A stretch of DNA of 64,000 nt from Flavobacteriales bacterium (GTDB taxonomy: Bacteria > Bacteroidota > Bacteroidia > Flavobacteriales > UBA7430). The stretch covers positions 115,555 to 179,554 of the forward strand of contig NZJX01000011.1 in NCBI GenBank assembly GCA_002692065.1, written 5' to 3'. How positions within the stretch are numbered: the first letter of the stretch is position 1; each line of letters opens with the position of its first letter. The position numbers and the translations under genes are program-made. Shown one piece after another: positions 1 through 11,200 of this stretch. The notes under the pieces are model-generated. The model saw only the letters and a program-made list of their open reading frames with translations, did not search any database and was not told where the DNA came from.

Positions 1-2986
1 TTCATCAAACATGGCTTTTGCCTCTATTCTTTGTTTATCATTCACAAACAAAGCTGCAAATGAAATGAAAGAAAGAATAATGTTTTTTTTAAAAAAAATA
101 TCAACAAAAGATTATAGCATCCGATTTATAAACGAATTTTTAGAGGGGACCGAAATTAGTAAAGATAAGGCAAGAAGTAAAGCAAGCTCTATTTTAGATT
201 GTATAATTAATAATTATTCAGCAATGTCTGTCTTTACAATTGACCATTTTATGCACAAAATAATCAGGAATTTCTCAATTGATATAGGGTTAAATTCAAA
301 TTTTGAGGTAAGTATTGATGAGGATAAAATATTAGAAGATGCAGTAAATAAAGTGATTGAATCCGTGGTTTATAACGATGAACTTAAAGATTTATTAACA
401 AAATTTGCTAAAGCAAAAATGAAAGCCGAAAAAAGTTGGAGAATAGAAAAAGATATCTACGATTTGGGAAAAAACTTACTCACTGAGGAAGGGCAAGTAG
501 AATTAGAAAAAATTAATAAAATTAAAATTAAAAACTATATTAAAATAGAGGGGCGAGTTAAATTATTTATAAAAAATTATGATTATGAATTAAAAAAAAT
601 TGGCAAAAAATTTAATCAATTATGCACAAGCTTAAATGTAAAATTCAGAGACTTTATAGGAGGTGAAATTGGTATTCCTAAATATTTTAAAAAGTTATCA
701 GAAAACGCTTATGAAAACTATATACCTTCTGAAAGAATAAATAAACTTATATGGACAAGAAGCTGGTCAAATAAGAACTGTAACATTGATGAGGCTAACA
801 ATATAGATATAATTAAAAACTCTTTAACAGACGAGTTAATTAATTTAAAAAATCTTTTAACAAAATATCCTAAATATATTAAGCTGAAAAATATTCTTTT
901 TAATTTGAATAATTTTTCAATTTTAAATGAATTATCAAAAAGACTATCTGAGATAAAAACTAATAATAATATTTTACCTATTTACGAATTTAATAGCCTA
1001 ATAAACAATATTCTTCAAGCAGATTCAACAAACTATATATATGAAAAAACAGGGATTAGATTCTCTCATTATTTTATTGATGAATTTCAAGACACATCTT
1101 TGCTTCAATGGAGTAATTTACTCCCACTTATTGAAAACTCATTATCCGAGATCCAAAATATCCAACCAACTGCATTGATTGTTGGAGACCCAAAACAAGC
1201 AATTTATAGGTGGCGAGGAGGTAATGTTGAACAATTCTTGAGCTTATTTTATAATTTAAGACTGAAAAAAACATTTTCAATAATGGAAAAAAAACTAAGT
1301 TATAACTATCGTTCAAATAAGGAATTAGTAAACTTTAATAATAATTTTTTTTCTTTTATTTCTAATCAACTTGGGAAAGAAAATTATAAAAATATGTATA
1401 ACAAGCTGAAAACAAAACCTGTTAAAACCAAATTGGGTTATTTTTCTTTGAATAAGGTTTCAAAAGATTTAGAAGACAGTTATGAATTAAATAAATTAAA
1501 AGAGATTGTCGCTGAGCTAATAAATGATAATTTTAACTATGGTGACATATGTATTCTTACAAGAACAAAAAAAGAGAGTTATAAAATATCCGACTTTTTA
1601 ATCGATAATAATATTCCTGTAATTTCAAGTGAGGGGCTAAATATTTCTAATAACATAGAAGTAAAGTTTTGTATAAATTTTATAAATTTTTTGATAAATC
1701 CCAACGATTACAATCTTCGATTCAATATTTTAAGATTTAAAAAACTATTTAATAAATACTCAAATGATAAAATTTCATATTTATGCACTTGCGAATTAAA
1801 TGAATTTAATATTTTTTTGAATAAACTTTTTAAAAATTACAATTATTATAACTTGGTTAGCTTAAACTTATTTCCAACTATTTTAAATATAATAAAGTCT
1901 TTCAGAATTGATATAAATAATATATATGTAAACTCCTTAGTTAACGAGGTTATGAATTATTTGAAAAAAAACTTCAACAATAAAATCAATTTTATTGATT
2001 TTTGGAATGATAATAAGGAAAAAATAAAACTAGATTTACCTGAGAACCATAACAGTGTAAATATTATGACTATACACAAATCAAAAGGTTTGCAATTTCC
2101 TGTTGTTTTAATTCCATTCACAAATTGGACATATAATGTACCCAGAAGAGAGTATAAATGGGTTGAAACAAACGAAAAAGAGTTAAATTACTTGAATAAA
2201 ATTTTAATTCCAATTAATAAATCCTTTACAAAATCAACATCAGAACTTAAAAATATATATTTGAAACATAAGGAGGAACTTACTTTAGACAATATAAATA
2301 TCTTGTATGTTGCTATGACTAGGTCATCAGAAAGAACTTACATTTTTGCAAGAGACAGTAAAAGAAATAATATAGGAAAATTATTTTTAGATTTTCTAAA
2401 AACTAATGACCCAAAATGGAATGAAAATAAATCATTATTTGAATATGGCTTGAAAGAAAAGTTTAAATCAAATAAAAAAATTGAAAGCATTGAGGAGTCC
2501 AATAATTTTAAACTGAATGACGTAAAATTCAAGAGAGAAAATTATGGGGTTAAAAATGAAGTTGAATTCAACAACCTTGTGCATGGAAGCAATTTACATA
2601 AAATTTTAGGATTAATTTATGATGAAGAGGACATAGATGATGCAATAAATAAAAATATTAATTCTGCAAAAGAAAAAGGACTTTTCAAAGATCTTTTAAC
2701 AAAAATCATCAATAATGATAGATTAAAAAAATTTTATGATAAAAAATTAAATGTTAAAAATGAATGTAAAATTTTACTCAAAAATGGATCATCAATTATT
2801 CCTGATAAGTTTATAATTTATGAAAACCACTCAATTTTAATTGATTTTAAAACTGGAAAAGAAACAACCAAAGATATAATACAAATAAAAAATTATAAGA
2901 AAACATTAATTGAAATGGGGTATAGGTCTATTAATTGTTTAGTTGTTTACATTTCTATGAACAAAATTTCAATACTAGAACTATAA
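1..2986 (+). CDS. AddA/UvrD-like ATP-dependent helicase-nuclease, 5' end truncated by the window edge
   Basis: The frame is open to nt 1. Motifs present: SF1 helicase motif Ia (SFTNKAANEM), FIDEFQDTS (DExx-like), GDPKQAIYRWRGG, TIHKSKGLQFPVV, YVAMTRS. The C-terminus has a PD-(D/E)XK-like motif (ILIDFKTGKE). The Walker A motif is missing, presumably upstream. Confidence 0.8.
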   Translation, partial: SSNMAFASILCLSFTNKAANEMKERIMFFLKKISTKDYSIRFINEFLEGTEISKDKARSKASSILDCIINNYSAMSVFTIDHFMHKIIRNFSIDIGLNSNFEVSIDEDKILEDAVNKVIESVVYNDELKDLLTKFAKAKMKAEKSWRIEKDIYDLGKNLLTEEGQVELEKINKIKIKNYIKIEGRVKLFIKNYDYELKKIGKKFNQLCTSLNVKFRDFIGGEIGIPKYFKKLSENAYENYIPSERINKLIWTRSWSNKNCNIDEANNIDIIKNSLTDELINLKNLLTKYPKYIKLKNILFNLNNFSILNELSKRLSEIKTNNNILPIYEFNSLINNILQADSTNYIYEKTGIRFSHYFIDEFQDTSLLQWSNLLPLIENSLSEIQNIQPTALIVGDPKQAIYRWRGGNVEQFLSLFYNLRLKKTFSIMEKKLSYNYRSNKELVNFNNNFFSFISNQLGKENYKNMYNKLKTKPVKTKLGYFSLNKVSKDLEDSYELNKLKEIVAELINDNFNYGDICILTRTKKESYKISDFLIDNNIPVISSEGLNISNNIEVKFCINFINFLINPNDYNLRFNILRFKKLFNKYSNDKISYLCTCELNEFNIFLNKLFKNYNYYNLVSLNLFPTILNIIKSFRIDINNIYVNSLVNEVMNYLKKNFNNKINFIDFWNDNKEKIKLDLPENHNSVNIMTIHKSKGLQFPVVLIPFTNWTYNVPRREYKWVETNEKELNYLNKILIPINKSFTKSTSELKNIYLKHKEELTLDNINILYVAMTRSSERTYIFARDSKRNNIGKLFLDFLKTNDPKWNENKSLFEYGLKEKFKSNKKIESIEESNNFKLNDVKFKRENYGVKNEVEFNNLVHGSNLHKILGLIYDEEDIDDAINKNINSAKEKGLFKDLLTKIINNDRLKKFYDKKLNVKNECKILLKNGSSIIPDKFIIYENHSILIDFKTGKETTKDIIQIKNYKKTLIEMGYRSINCLVVYISMNKISILEL

Positions 2987-2988
2987 AA

Positions 2989-5739
2989 ATGGAAAAATTT
3001 TTGGAAATTGTTGCTAAAGAAATTTATAATTCGAATCAAAATCTAGATGAGATTTTTATTGTTTTCCCAAACAAGAGGTCATCAGTTTATTTTCAAAGAG
3101 AATTATCTAATATAATAAAAACTCCTTTGTGGCTTCCAAAGTTATTTAGTATAGAGGATTTTTTAATTGAAATTTCTAACTATAAATTGATTGATGATAC
3201 TTTACTTAAATATGAGTTTTTCAAAATATTTAACTCGAAATCAAAAAAAAACACTTTTAAATCTTTCGACAATTACATAAAATGGAGTAATATAATTATA
3301 AATGATTTTAATGATATTTATAAAAATATTAGCTCACCAAAAAAATTATTTAATTATCTAGAAAACCTATCTAGTTTTGAAGAGTCAGAAAAAGACAATT
3401 CTATTAAAAGCACTTTAACTAATTTACTAAAAGAACTTCCAAGTGTTTTTCCTGAATTTCATAAATACTTATTAAATGAAAAAAAATGCACCTCAGGTAT
3501 GTTGTATTCGTTAGCATATGAAAATCTTGAGTCATGGGTTATAAAAAATAATATAAAATCTAAATCTATCTATTATGTTGGGTTCAATGCAATGAGTTAT
3601 TTTGAAACTAAAATTTTTAGATGGTTTATTAAAAAGAATTATTGTATAGCTTTATGGGACTCTGACGATTATTTTGTAAATATTAAAAATTTTGAAGCTG
3701 GGAAATTTTTAAAATCTCATAAAGATTGGTTTAATAAAAATCATATTGATTTTCAATTTGAAAATTCTGATTTTGAAAAATTTAAAGAAATATTAATAAC
3801 CCCAGCAAGAAATGAAGTAAACCAAATTCAAATTGCTGCAGAAATATTAAATGATAATTTAAATAAATTTTCGCCATCAGAGATAGCTCTAATTTTACCA
3901 GACGAATCTTTATTAGCTCCTCTACTTAGTTTTCTTCCAGAAAGGGCAAAAAATATTAATATAAGTTTCAGTAAAAAACTTTCTGATAGTATTTACTTTA
4001 CCTTCTTAAATTTTTTATTTGAATTTTATCTTTCCCATAGAGATTTAAATTACTCGTATATTAATAAATCTGACATAATTAAACTTTTATCTATTAATAT
4101 CTTCAACAATACTCATCTTTTTACTAAGATGTTAAATCTCAGAGAAGAAATCTCTAAAATCGATAATAAATATATTTCCGGAAAAACTTTATTAAAAAAT
4201 ACTGACCCTAGGATTAAAAACTTGATACTAAAAATCTTGTCTTATGATGTAAAGAATGTCGTTAACCTATTAAAAGTTTTATTGGATATTATAAAACAAA
4301 TTATCAATTTCGTTGATGATAAATCAAAAGTATATGAATTGATTTTATTTAAAAAAGTTTTCACCAAATTTCTGGAACTAGAATACACTTTTAACTTTTC
4401 AAAAACAACTACTTCAATTAAAATTATGTTTAACTCTAGCTGTAAAAAAACATATTTAGCGCCTAACAAATATAACTCTAGCTCCAGCAATGTCCTAGGG
4501 TTTCTTGAAACCAGGAATTTAGATTTTGAGAACGTAATAATCCTATCATTAAATGAAGGGGTTGTTCCAAAAAAAATCATCAACCACTCCATACTACCCT
4601 ATGATATTCGAAATAATTTTAATATGAATATGGAGCTTGAGTATGACTCAATCTACTCATATCATTTTTATAGACTAATTAAAAGAAGTAAAAAAGTTAA
4701 TTTATTATATAATGAAGGGTTGGGCGGATTTATGGGGGGAGAAAAAAGTAGGTTTATCTATCAAATAAAAGAACTATTTACAAAAAAAAATTTAGGTAAA
4801 ATTAAATTATACAAGCAAAATTTCAAAATCCCCAAAAAGACTACAGAAAATATAAGTATTGAAAAAGATAATTATGTTATTTCTAAAATTCAAAATATAA
4901 TAAGTGATAAAGGGTTTTCTGCAAGTTCTTTGAATTTATATAAAAAATGTCCAATTAGATTTTATTATGAGAAAATTTTAAAGATTCCCGAAACAAAATA
5001 TAATAATGGGGAAATCACTCCTGACATTTTTGGAACTGCAATTCACAATGCTTTACATGATTTTTTAGAACCATTCAAAAAAAAGAAATTACAAGCAAAA
5101 AACTTTGATGAAATTTATCCTAAAATTGAACAAAAAATAAAAAATATTTATAAAGAGACTCTTATGAAAGACACGTCTAAAATTGGGAAGAATATACTTA
5201 CGGAGTCAATTTCTATAAACTTAATTAAAAGATATTTTGACTTTGAAAAGAAAAATGCAATAAATAACAACATAGAAATATATGATTTAGAAAAAGAACT
5301 TTTTCACAATATAAAATATGGCAAAACTAATATAAAACTTGTTGGAAAAATCGATAGGATTCAAAGTCTTAACGGTCAAACTCAAATTTTAGATTACAAA
5401 ACTGGTTCTGTAAAAGCATCTGATCTTAAAATATCTGATATTGAGCTTTTAGTTTTTGACCCTAAATATCAGACCGCCTTTCAATTATTTTTTTATTATT
5501 ACCTATATAAGAAAAATAATTTAGCTAAAGAAGGTCTTTCCTCAGGTGTTGTTAGCTTGAGGAACTTAAAGAGCGGGTTCCAACCTATTATTATAGATGG
5601 GCAAAAAATTATTAATGAAAATTTAATAGATGAATTTGAGAAACACTTGATTAATCTAATTTTAGAAATTAAAGATACTAAATATCCTTTTACTCATATA
5701 AATAAAAAAGAAGAATGCATTTTCTGCGATAACATCTAA
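2989..5739 (+). CDS. AddB-like PD-(D/E)XK nuclease family protein (partner of the upstream helicase)
   Basis: Lies directly downstream of the AddA-like gene. The ATG at 2989 sits 3 nt after the upstream stop and is preferred over the overlapping start at 2935. C-terminal nuclease motif GKIDRI...ILDYKTGS. Cys in KKCPIRFYY plus a terminal CIFC. The N-terminal helicase-like motifs are degenerate. Confidence 0.7.
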   Translation: MEKFLEIVAKEIYNSNQNLDEIFIVFPNKRSSVYFQRELSNIIKTPLWLPKLFSIEDFLIEISNYKLIDDTLLKYEFFKIFNSKSKKNTFKSFDNYIKWSNIIINDFNDIYKNISSPKKLFNYLENLSSFEESEKDNSIKSTLTNLLKELPSVFPEFHKYLLNEKKCTSGMLYSLAYENLESWVIKNNIKSKSIYYVGFNAMSYFETKIFRWFIKKNYCIALWDSDDYFVNIKNFEAGKFLKSHKDWFNKNHIDFQFENSDFEKFKEILITPARNEVNQIQIAAEILNDNLNKFSPSEIALILPDESLLAPLLSFLPERAKNINISFSKKLSDSIYFTFLNFLFEFYLSHRDLNYSYINKSDIIKLLSINIFNNTHLFTKMLNLREEISKIDNKYISGKTLLKNTDPRIKNLILKILSYDVKNVVNLLKVLLDIIKQIINFVDDKSKVYELILFKKVFTKFLELEYTFNFSKTTTSIKIMFNSSCKKTYLAPNKYNSSSSNVLGFLETRNLDFENVIILSLNEGVVPKKIINHSILPYDIRNNFNMNMELEYDSIYSYHFYRLIKRSKKVNLLYNEGLGGFMGGEKSRFIYQIKELFTKKNLGKIKLYKQNFKIPKKTTENISIEKDNYVISKIQNIISDKGFSASSLNLYKKCPIRFYYEKILKIPETKYNNGEITPDIFGTAIHNALHDFLEPFKKKKLQAKNFDEIYPKIEQKIKNIYKETLMKDTSKIGKNILTESISINLIKRYFDFEKKNAINNNIEIYDLEKELFHNIKYGKTNIKLVGKIDRIQSLNGQTQILDYKTGSVKASDLKISDIELLVFDPKYQTAFQLFFYYYLYKKNNLAKEGLSSGVVSLRNLKSGFQPIIIDGQKIINENLIDEFEKHLINLILEIKDTKYPFTHINKKEECIFCDNI

Positions 5740-7425
5740 TCAATTATTTTGGTTTAAGTCTAGGATCTCCAGTTTAATGCTTTTTACATCTCTCCAAAAA
5801 TTTTCTTTAATTTTATAGCAAATATCTATACTTTTTGACGGATTTATTGATTTTAATAATTTTGCCTTTTTAAAAATTATTCCTTTGAAAAATAGAATTG
5901 GGTCATTTTGTTGAAATAAAGTTAAACTTACATGCTCCTTATTTACTCCAATATATTTCAAGTCTTGTACAAATACATTTTTGGATTTAAAAACTGGCTC
6001 AGGATTCTGAGGCCCATATGGTTCAAATTGAGACAAAATTTTCACAAATGAGGTGGTAATTTGCCCAAAATGTATTTCTGACTCAGATAGGAATAAATTA
6101 TTATTTAAAGTGTCATTATTTATGTATAATTGACTTTCAAATAACTCAACGAAATTTAAAAACTTATTCCCTTCAATTACTAATCCAGCAGCAAATTCGT
6201 GACCACCAAACTGCGAAATTAGCTCTTCGCATTTTTTTAATACTTTATAGATATTAACCCCTTTTAAAGATCGAGCAGAGCCGAAATATTTGTTGTTGTA
6301 CTTGGTGAAAACAATAGTTGGCTTTGAAAACTCTTCCAATAGTCTTGATGCTATTATGCCAATTAAACCTTTATTCCAATTTTCTTTAAAAATAATAATT
6401 GACTTTTTATTGTGGTCTATTAACATTCTTGCTTCTGTTAAAGTTTTATCTTGTTCTATCTTTCTTTTATTATTTAAACTTTCAAGAAATTCAAGTTTAT
6501 TTTTAAAATCATCTGTGTTTCTAGTTAAAATTAAGTCAATAGCTATTTTTGCGTGAGCCATTCTACCTGCAGAATTAATTTTCGGAGCAATTTGAAACAA
6601 AATATCGGATGAAGTTATTTTTTTACCACGATTTTTGGCCATAAAATAGCTAAAAACTGATTTGCCATTATTAATAATATCTAAACCTAATTTTGCTAGA
6701 ACTCTATTTTCTTTTTCAATGGGAACAATATCTGAAATCGTAGCAATTGATACATAATCTAAATAAGATGCAGCTATTTTTTCATCTAAATTATTACTTA
6801 AGACAAATCCATGAATCAATTTGAACCCAACTGCGCATGCACAAAGCTCAGAAAACGGATAATTTGATGTCCTTATTTTATTATTTAATAATGCAACCGC
6901 TTTAGGTAAGCTTTGAGATGGCTCATGGTGATCACAAATTATGACTTCAATGTTTCTTTTATATGCATATTCTATTACTTTGTGTGAAGATGTTCCACAG
7001 TCAATGGTAATAATTAAATTTACATTTTTCTTAATAGCATCATCAATACCCAAGAAAGACATGCCATAACCTTCTTTTTCTCTATCATTTACATAATAAT
7101 CACAATTTACCTTCTGATTTAGAAAAAAATCATATAGCATTGAAACCGAAGTTGTTCCATCAACATCATAATCACCATAAATTCTAATTTTTTTATTTTC
7201 TTTAATTATATTGTTAATTTTATCTATTGCTTTTTTCATATCAGTCATAAGAAATGGGTCATGAAGCATACTTAATTGAGGTCTAAAAAACTCTTTAGCC
7301 TCTGAATAAGTTTCAATTCCCCTATTTATTAGTAATTGACAGAGAACATCTGATATCTTTAAGTTTTTTTTTAATTTTTTTAATTTTTCTTTACTAATTT
7401 GTTGTTGAAAATTTAAGTTCTTCAT
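5740..7425 (-). CDS. recJ: Single-stranded-DNA-specific exonuclease RecJ
   Basis: DHH family motifs: YGDYDVDGTTS, ITIDCGT, ICDHHEP. DHHA1-like GGHEFAAG. Typical length (561 aa). Confidence 0.9.
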   Translation of the reverse strand: MKNLNFQQQISKEKLKKLKKNLKISDVLCQLLINRGIETYSEAKEFFRPQLSMLHDPFLMTDMKKAIDKINNIIKENKKIRIYGDYDVDGTTSVSMLYDFFLNQKVNCDYYVNDREKEGYGMSFLGIDDAIKKNVNLIITIDCGTSSHKVIEYAYKRNIEVIICDHHEPSQSLPKAVALLNNKIRTSNYPFSELCACAVGFKLIHGFVLSNNLDEKIAASYLDYVSIATISDIVPIEKENRVLAKLGLDIINNGKSVFSYFMAKNRGKKITSSDILFQIAPKINSAGRMAHAKIAIDLILTRNTDDFKNKLEFLESLNNKRKIEQDKTLTEARMLIDHNKKSIIIFKENWNKGLIGIIASRLLEEFSKPTIVFTKYNNKYFGSARSLKGVNIYKVLKKCEELISQFGGHEFAAGLVIEGNKFLNFVELFESQLYINNDTLNNNLFLSESEIHFGQITTSFVKILSQFEPYGPQNPEPVFKSKNVFVQDLKYIGVNKEHVSLTLFQQNDPILFFKGIIFKKAKLLKSINPSKSIDICYKIKENFWRDVKSIKLEILDLNQNN

Positions 7426-7435
7426 AAATAGAATA

Positions 7436-8107
7436 TTATTTATATGATTTTATAACTATTACAAATTCTCCTTTTGGTTTATTTATTGAAAAGTGATTTC
7501 TTAATTCTTCAATATTTCCTCTTATGCTTTCATGATATTTTTTTGAAATTTCTCTACTTATTGAAATTTCTCTATCATTTTGTAAATACAACTTCATTAA
7601 ATCTAAAGTTTTAATCAACCTATGTGGTGACTCAAATAAAATTATTGTAAAGGGTGTTTCAGTCCAACTTTTAATACGTGAAATTTTTCCTTTTTTTAGC
7701 GGCAAGAACCCTTCGAAAACAAATCTTTCACATGGAAACCCAGATTCTATCAATGCGGGTATGATAGAGGTTGGGCCAGGTAAACACTCGATTTTAATTT
7801 TATTTTTTAAGCACTCCCTGAAAAGTAAAAACCCAGGATCAGAAATCCCTGGAGTTCCCGCATCTGAAATTAAAGCTATTCTAATACCTGATTTTAATTT
7901 TTCAATAATACTTTTGAGTTTTTTATGTTCATTATAATTTTGATACGAAGAGAGTTTATTTTTTATTTTGTATTGATTTAAAAGCTTTAAGGTTACTCTG
8001 GTGTCTTCAGCTAAAATTAAGTCTACATTATTTAAAACTTCTATACCCCTGAGCGTTATATCTTTTAAGTTTCCAATTGGTGATGGGATTATATATAATT
8101 TTGACAT
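7436..8107 (-). CDS. rsmI: 16S rRNA (cytidine1402-2'-O)-methyltransferase
   Basis: N-terminus LYIIPSPIGNLKDITLRGIEVLNNVDLILAEDTR and SDAGTPGISDPG are typical RsmI/tetrapyrrole-methylase-fold signatures. Confidence 0.9.
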   Translation of the reverse strand: MSKLYIIPSPIGNLKDITLRGIEVLNNVDLILAEDTRVTLKLLNQYKIKNKLSSYQNYNEHKKLKSIIEKLKSGIRIALISDAGTPGISDPGFLLFRECLKNKIKIECLPGPTSIIPALIESGFPCERFVFEGFLPLKKGKISRIKSWTETPFTIILFESPHRLIKTLDLMKLYLQNDREISISREISKKYHESIRGNIEELRNHFSINKPKGEFVIVIKSYK

Positions 8108-8180
8108 GTTTTTTTAAACAATTTAATAAATTATAATTTTAAAGAAATCGATTTTATTAGTTTTGTTATAAATTTTTTTT

Positions 8181-8756
8181 ATGTTTAAAGAAAATTCAAA
8201 TTTGTCATCAATTAGAAAAGGTCAGATCGAAGTCATCTGCGGATCAATGTTCTCTGGAAAGACAGAGGAATTAATAAGGCGTTTAAAAAGAGCTAAGTTC
8301 GCCAAACTTAAAATCAAAACATTTAATCCCCATGTTGATAACAGGTACGGTAAAAGTAAATTAATCTCTCACAACTCGACTGAGATCAAATCGTTAACTA
8401 TTAAAAAATCTCACGAGATACTTGATTTATACGATAATGTTGATATTGTAGGAATTGATGAAGCGCAGTTTTTAGATGACGAACTTCCTAACATTTGTAA
8501 CGCCCTTGCTGACAGAGGTGTTAGAGTTATTGTAGCAGGTTTAGATATGGATTATTTAGGTAAACCTTTCGGCGTAATACCCAAAATAATGGCAATTGCA
8601 GAATTTGTAACTAAAGTTCATGCTGTATGTGTTGGTTGTGGGGATATTGCCCTAAATTCACATAGAACAAGCTTATCCAAAAATTTAGTTGAAATTGGAA
8701 GTGAAAAAAATTATCAAGCACTTTGCAGGATGTGTTTTATCAAAAAGAATAAATAA
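8181..8756 (+). CDS. tdk: Thymidine kinase
   Basis: P-loop GSMFSGKTEELIRR, GIDEAQF, and a C-terminal zinc ribbon (CVGCG...CRMC). Confidence 0.92.
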   Translation: MFKENSNLSSIRKGQIEVICGSMFSGKTEELIRRLKRAKFAKLKIKTFNPHVDNRYGKSKLISHNSTEIKSLTIKKSHEILDLYDNVDIVGIDEAQFLDDELPNICNALADRGVRVIVAGLDMDYLGKPFGVIPKIMAIAEFVTKVHAVCVGCGDIALNSHRTSLSKNLVEIGSEKNYQALCRMCFIKKNK

Positions 8757-11200
8757 TGCTTTTTTTTCAAATTAGTTTAAGAAATCTTACTGAGTTATGC
8801 AACGGGAGGTTTAATGGAAATAACATTGACTTCTCAGTTAATAGCATTATTTTTGACAGTAGAGCCTCAAATTTATCAAAAAAAGCAATTTTTGTTGCCT
8901 TGAACGGAGAAAACCATGACGGCCACGATTATATAGAACACTTGTATAATTTCGGATTAAGATGTTTTATGGTGAATACCAGTTATCAAATAATAAATAA
9001 AAAAGCAAATTATATTGTTGTTAAAGACACTCTCGACGCGTTTCAGCTATTTGCAAAACAGCACAGGTTAAAATATAATATTCCTATAATAGGGGTAACT
9101 GGAAGTTATGGAAAGACTATTGTTAAAAATTGGCTTTCAGAGTGTTTAAGCAAAAAATTTAAGGTTGTTAATAGTCCGAAAAGTTATAATTCTCAGATAG
9201 GAGTTCCCCTTTCGTTACTTAAAATTGATGACCATGACGAAATTGGAGTATTTGAGGCTGGTATATCCAGATATAATGAAATGCGGGCAATTGGGAAAAT
9301 TATATTACCAACAATAGGAATTTTTACAAATATAGGAAATGAGCATTCTGAAAATTTTTTTTCTATTAAAGAGAAGGTTCAAGAAAAGCTTTTGTTGTTT
9401 AATAAAAAAACCTCTGTTTTATACTGTAAAGATTACAAGGAAATTGATGATCAAATTAAATTAAAAAACTTTAAAGAACTTATTTCTTGGTCAACCTATG
9501 ATAGGTCAGCAAATTTTTTTGTTCAGATAAAGACCATTTTAAATAAGACTGACGTTATAATTGATAATAACGAATCTAGTTTTAAATTTAAAACCTCTCT
9601 TACTAAGAAACCTGATATAGAAAATTGCATTCATGTAATATGCTCTCTTTTATTTTTAAAACTAAAAGAAAGTTATATTACTAATGCTGTCAAAAGATTA
9701 ACAACTTATCAACAGGGCCTTAAAATGAAAGGCGGAAATAATCAAAACATTATTATCAATGATAACAACCCTTTAAGTATTGACTCAGTTAAAATAGGGG
9801 TTGAGTTTTTAAAAAAACAAAATGTCAATAAGCAATCAATTTTAATTTTATCAAAGCCAAAAAAAAACAAATACCATCCTGATTCTTTTTTTAAAAGACT
9901 TGCTCTTATAGCCAAAGAATATAAATTAGATTTATTCATAGGAATTGGTGCCTTTTTTAAATCTATTGAAAATTACATTCCAAATTCCGTTTACTTCGTA
10001 AGTCAAAAATCTTTTATTAGAAGATTTCAAAATATAATATCTAATTCAGGTATTCTTATTTGCGACGAGAATATTACTTCATTAAAGACACTCTCTAATG
10101 TATTTGAAAAAAAAATACATGAAACTTGTTTAGAAATAAGTCTAAACTCTTTAACTAAAAACTTTCATTATTACAAAAATAAACTGTCTGATGAGACCAA
10201 AATTATGGTAATGGTTAAATCTTTTTCATATGGATACAGCTCCTATGAAGTAGCCAAACAACTTGAATATAACGGAGTTGACTACTTTGCAGTTGCATAT
10301 ACAGATGAAGGAGTTGTGCTCAGAAAAAAAGGTATCAAATCTAGAATATTAGTTTTAAACTCAAGGGGTGAAAATCTAAATAAGATGATTGAATTCTCAT
10401 TAGAGCCTAATATTTATGATTTTGATCAGCTATGTAAAATTCTTGAACAGTTAAAAGTGAAAAATATAAAGGGCTTTCCTGTCCATATTGAAATTGACAC
10501 AGGCATGAATCGTTTGGGCTTTAAGGAGTATGAACTTGAAAAGCTTATTAATGCTATTAAATTAGAAAAACAAATAAAAATAATCTCTGTATTTAGTCAT
10601 TTAACAAATAGTAGCAGAAAAAAATGTAGTTATACAAAAAAACAAATCACTAGTTTTTCTAGAATTTGTGAATTAATTTCTAACGCACTTAATTATAGTT
10701 TTCAAAAACATATACTAAACTCTGCGGGAATTGAAAACTATAATTATGCAGCGTTTGATATGGTTAGGCTAGGTATTGGACTATATGGTTTTGGCAGTAA
10801 GTCTCTTGAAAATATAAGTTCTTTTAAGTCTATTATATCTCAAATCAAATATGTTAAAAAACATGAGTTTATTGGATATAACAAAAACTTCAAAGCTGAA
10901 AATCCAATGAAAATTGGAATAGTTCCAGTTGGTTATGCTGATGGCTTAAGTAGAAAATTAAGTATTAATAATGGGTGCTTATATTTAAATGGAAAAAAAG
11001 CTAAACTTGTAGGCGATATATGTATGGATATGTGCATGATTGATCTGTCTAAACATAAATATATCAATATTGGTGATGAGGTAATTATCTGGAATAAACA
11101 AAAACACATCAGTGATATAGCAAAAAAATCTGAAACCATTTGTTATGAGGTTCTGACAAATTTATCTCCAAGAATAAAAAGAGTTTTTATTGAAGATTAA
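8756..11200 (+). CDS. Bifunctional MurF-like UDP-MurNAc-tripeptide--D-Ala-D-Ala ligase / alanine racemase fusion
   Basis: N-terminal Mur ligase domain (GVTGSYGKT P-loop). C-terminal alanine racemase (VKSFSYGY with the PLP lysine, MVRLGIGLYG, GYADG). This fusion architecture is common in Bacteroidota. The start overlaps the tdk stop (TAATG). Confidence 0.85.
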   Translation: MLFFQISLRNLTELCNGRFNGNNIDFSVNSIIFDSRASNLSKKAIFVALNGENHDGHDYIEHLYNFGLRCFMVNTSYQIINKKANYIVVKDTLDAFQLFAKQHRLKYNIPIIGVTGSYGKTIVKNWLSECLSKKFKVVNSPKSYNSQIGVPLSLLKIDDHDEIGVFEAGISRYNEMRAIGKIILPTIGIFTNIGNEHSENFFSIKEKVQEKLLLFNKKTSVLYCKDYKEIDDQIKLKNFKELISWSTYDRSANFFVQIKTILNKTDVIIDNNESSFKFKTSLTKKPDIENCIHVICSLLFLKLKESYITNAVKRLTTYQQGLKMKGGNNQNIIINDNNPLSIDSVKIGVEFLKKQNVNKQSILILSKPKKNKYHPDSFFKRLALIAKEYKLDLFIGIGAFFKSIENYIPNSVYFVSQKSFIRRFQNIISNSGILICDENITSLKTLSNVFEKKIHETCLEISLNSLTKNFHYYKNKLSDETKIMVMVKSFSYGYSSYEVAKQLEYNGVDYFAVAYTDEGVVLRKKGIKSRILVLNSRGENLNKMIEFSLEPNIYDFDQLCKILEQLKVKNIKGFPVHIEIDTGMNRLGFKEYELEKLINAIKLEKQIKIISVFSHLTNSSRKKCSYTKKQITSFSRICELISNALNYSFQKHILNSAGIENYNYAAFDMVRLGIGLYGFGSKSLENISSFKSIISQIKYVKKHEFIGYNKNFKAENPMKIGIVPVGYADGLSRKLSINNGCLYLNGKKAKLVGDICMDMCMIDLSKHKYINIGDEVIIWNKQKHISDIAKKSETICYEVLTNLSPRIKRVFIED

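Noticed and set aside
2935-2988. The upstream start at 2935 for the AddB-like gene, which overlaps the AddA-like gene by 52 nt.
   Set aside because: The in-frame ATG at 2989 lies 3 nt after the upstream stop and gives a sensible N-terminus (MEKFLEIVAKEIY). The extension (MFSCLHFYEQNFNTRTIK) looks like read-through of the neighbour's coding sequence.
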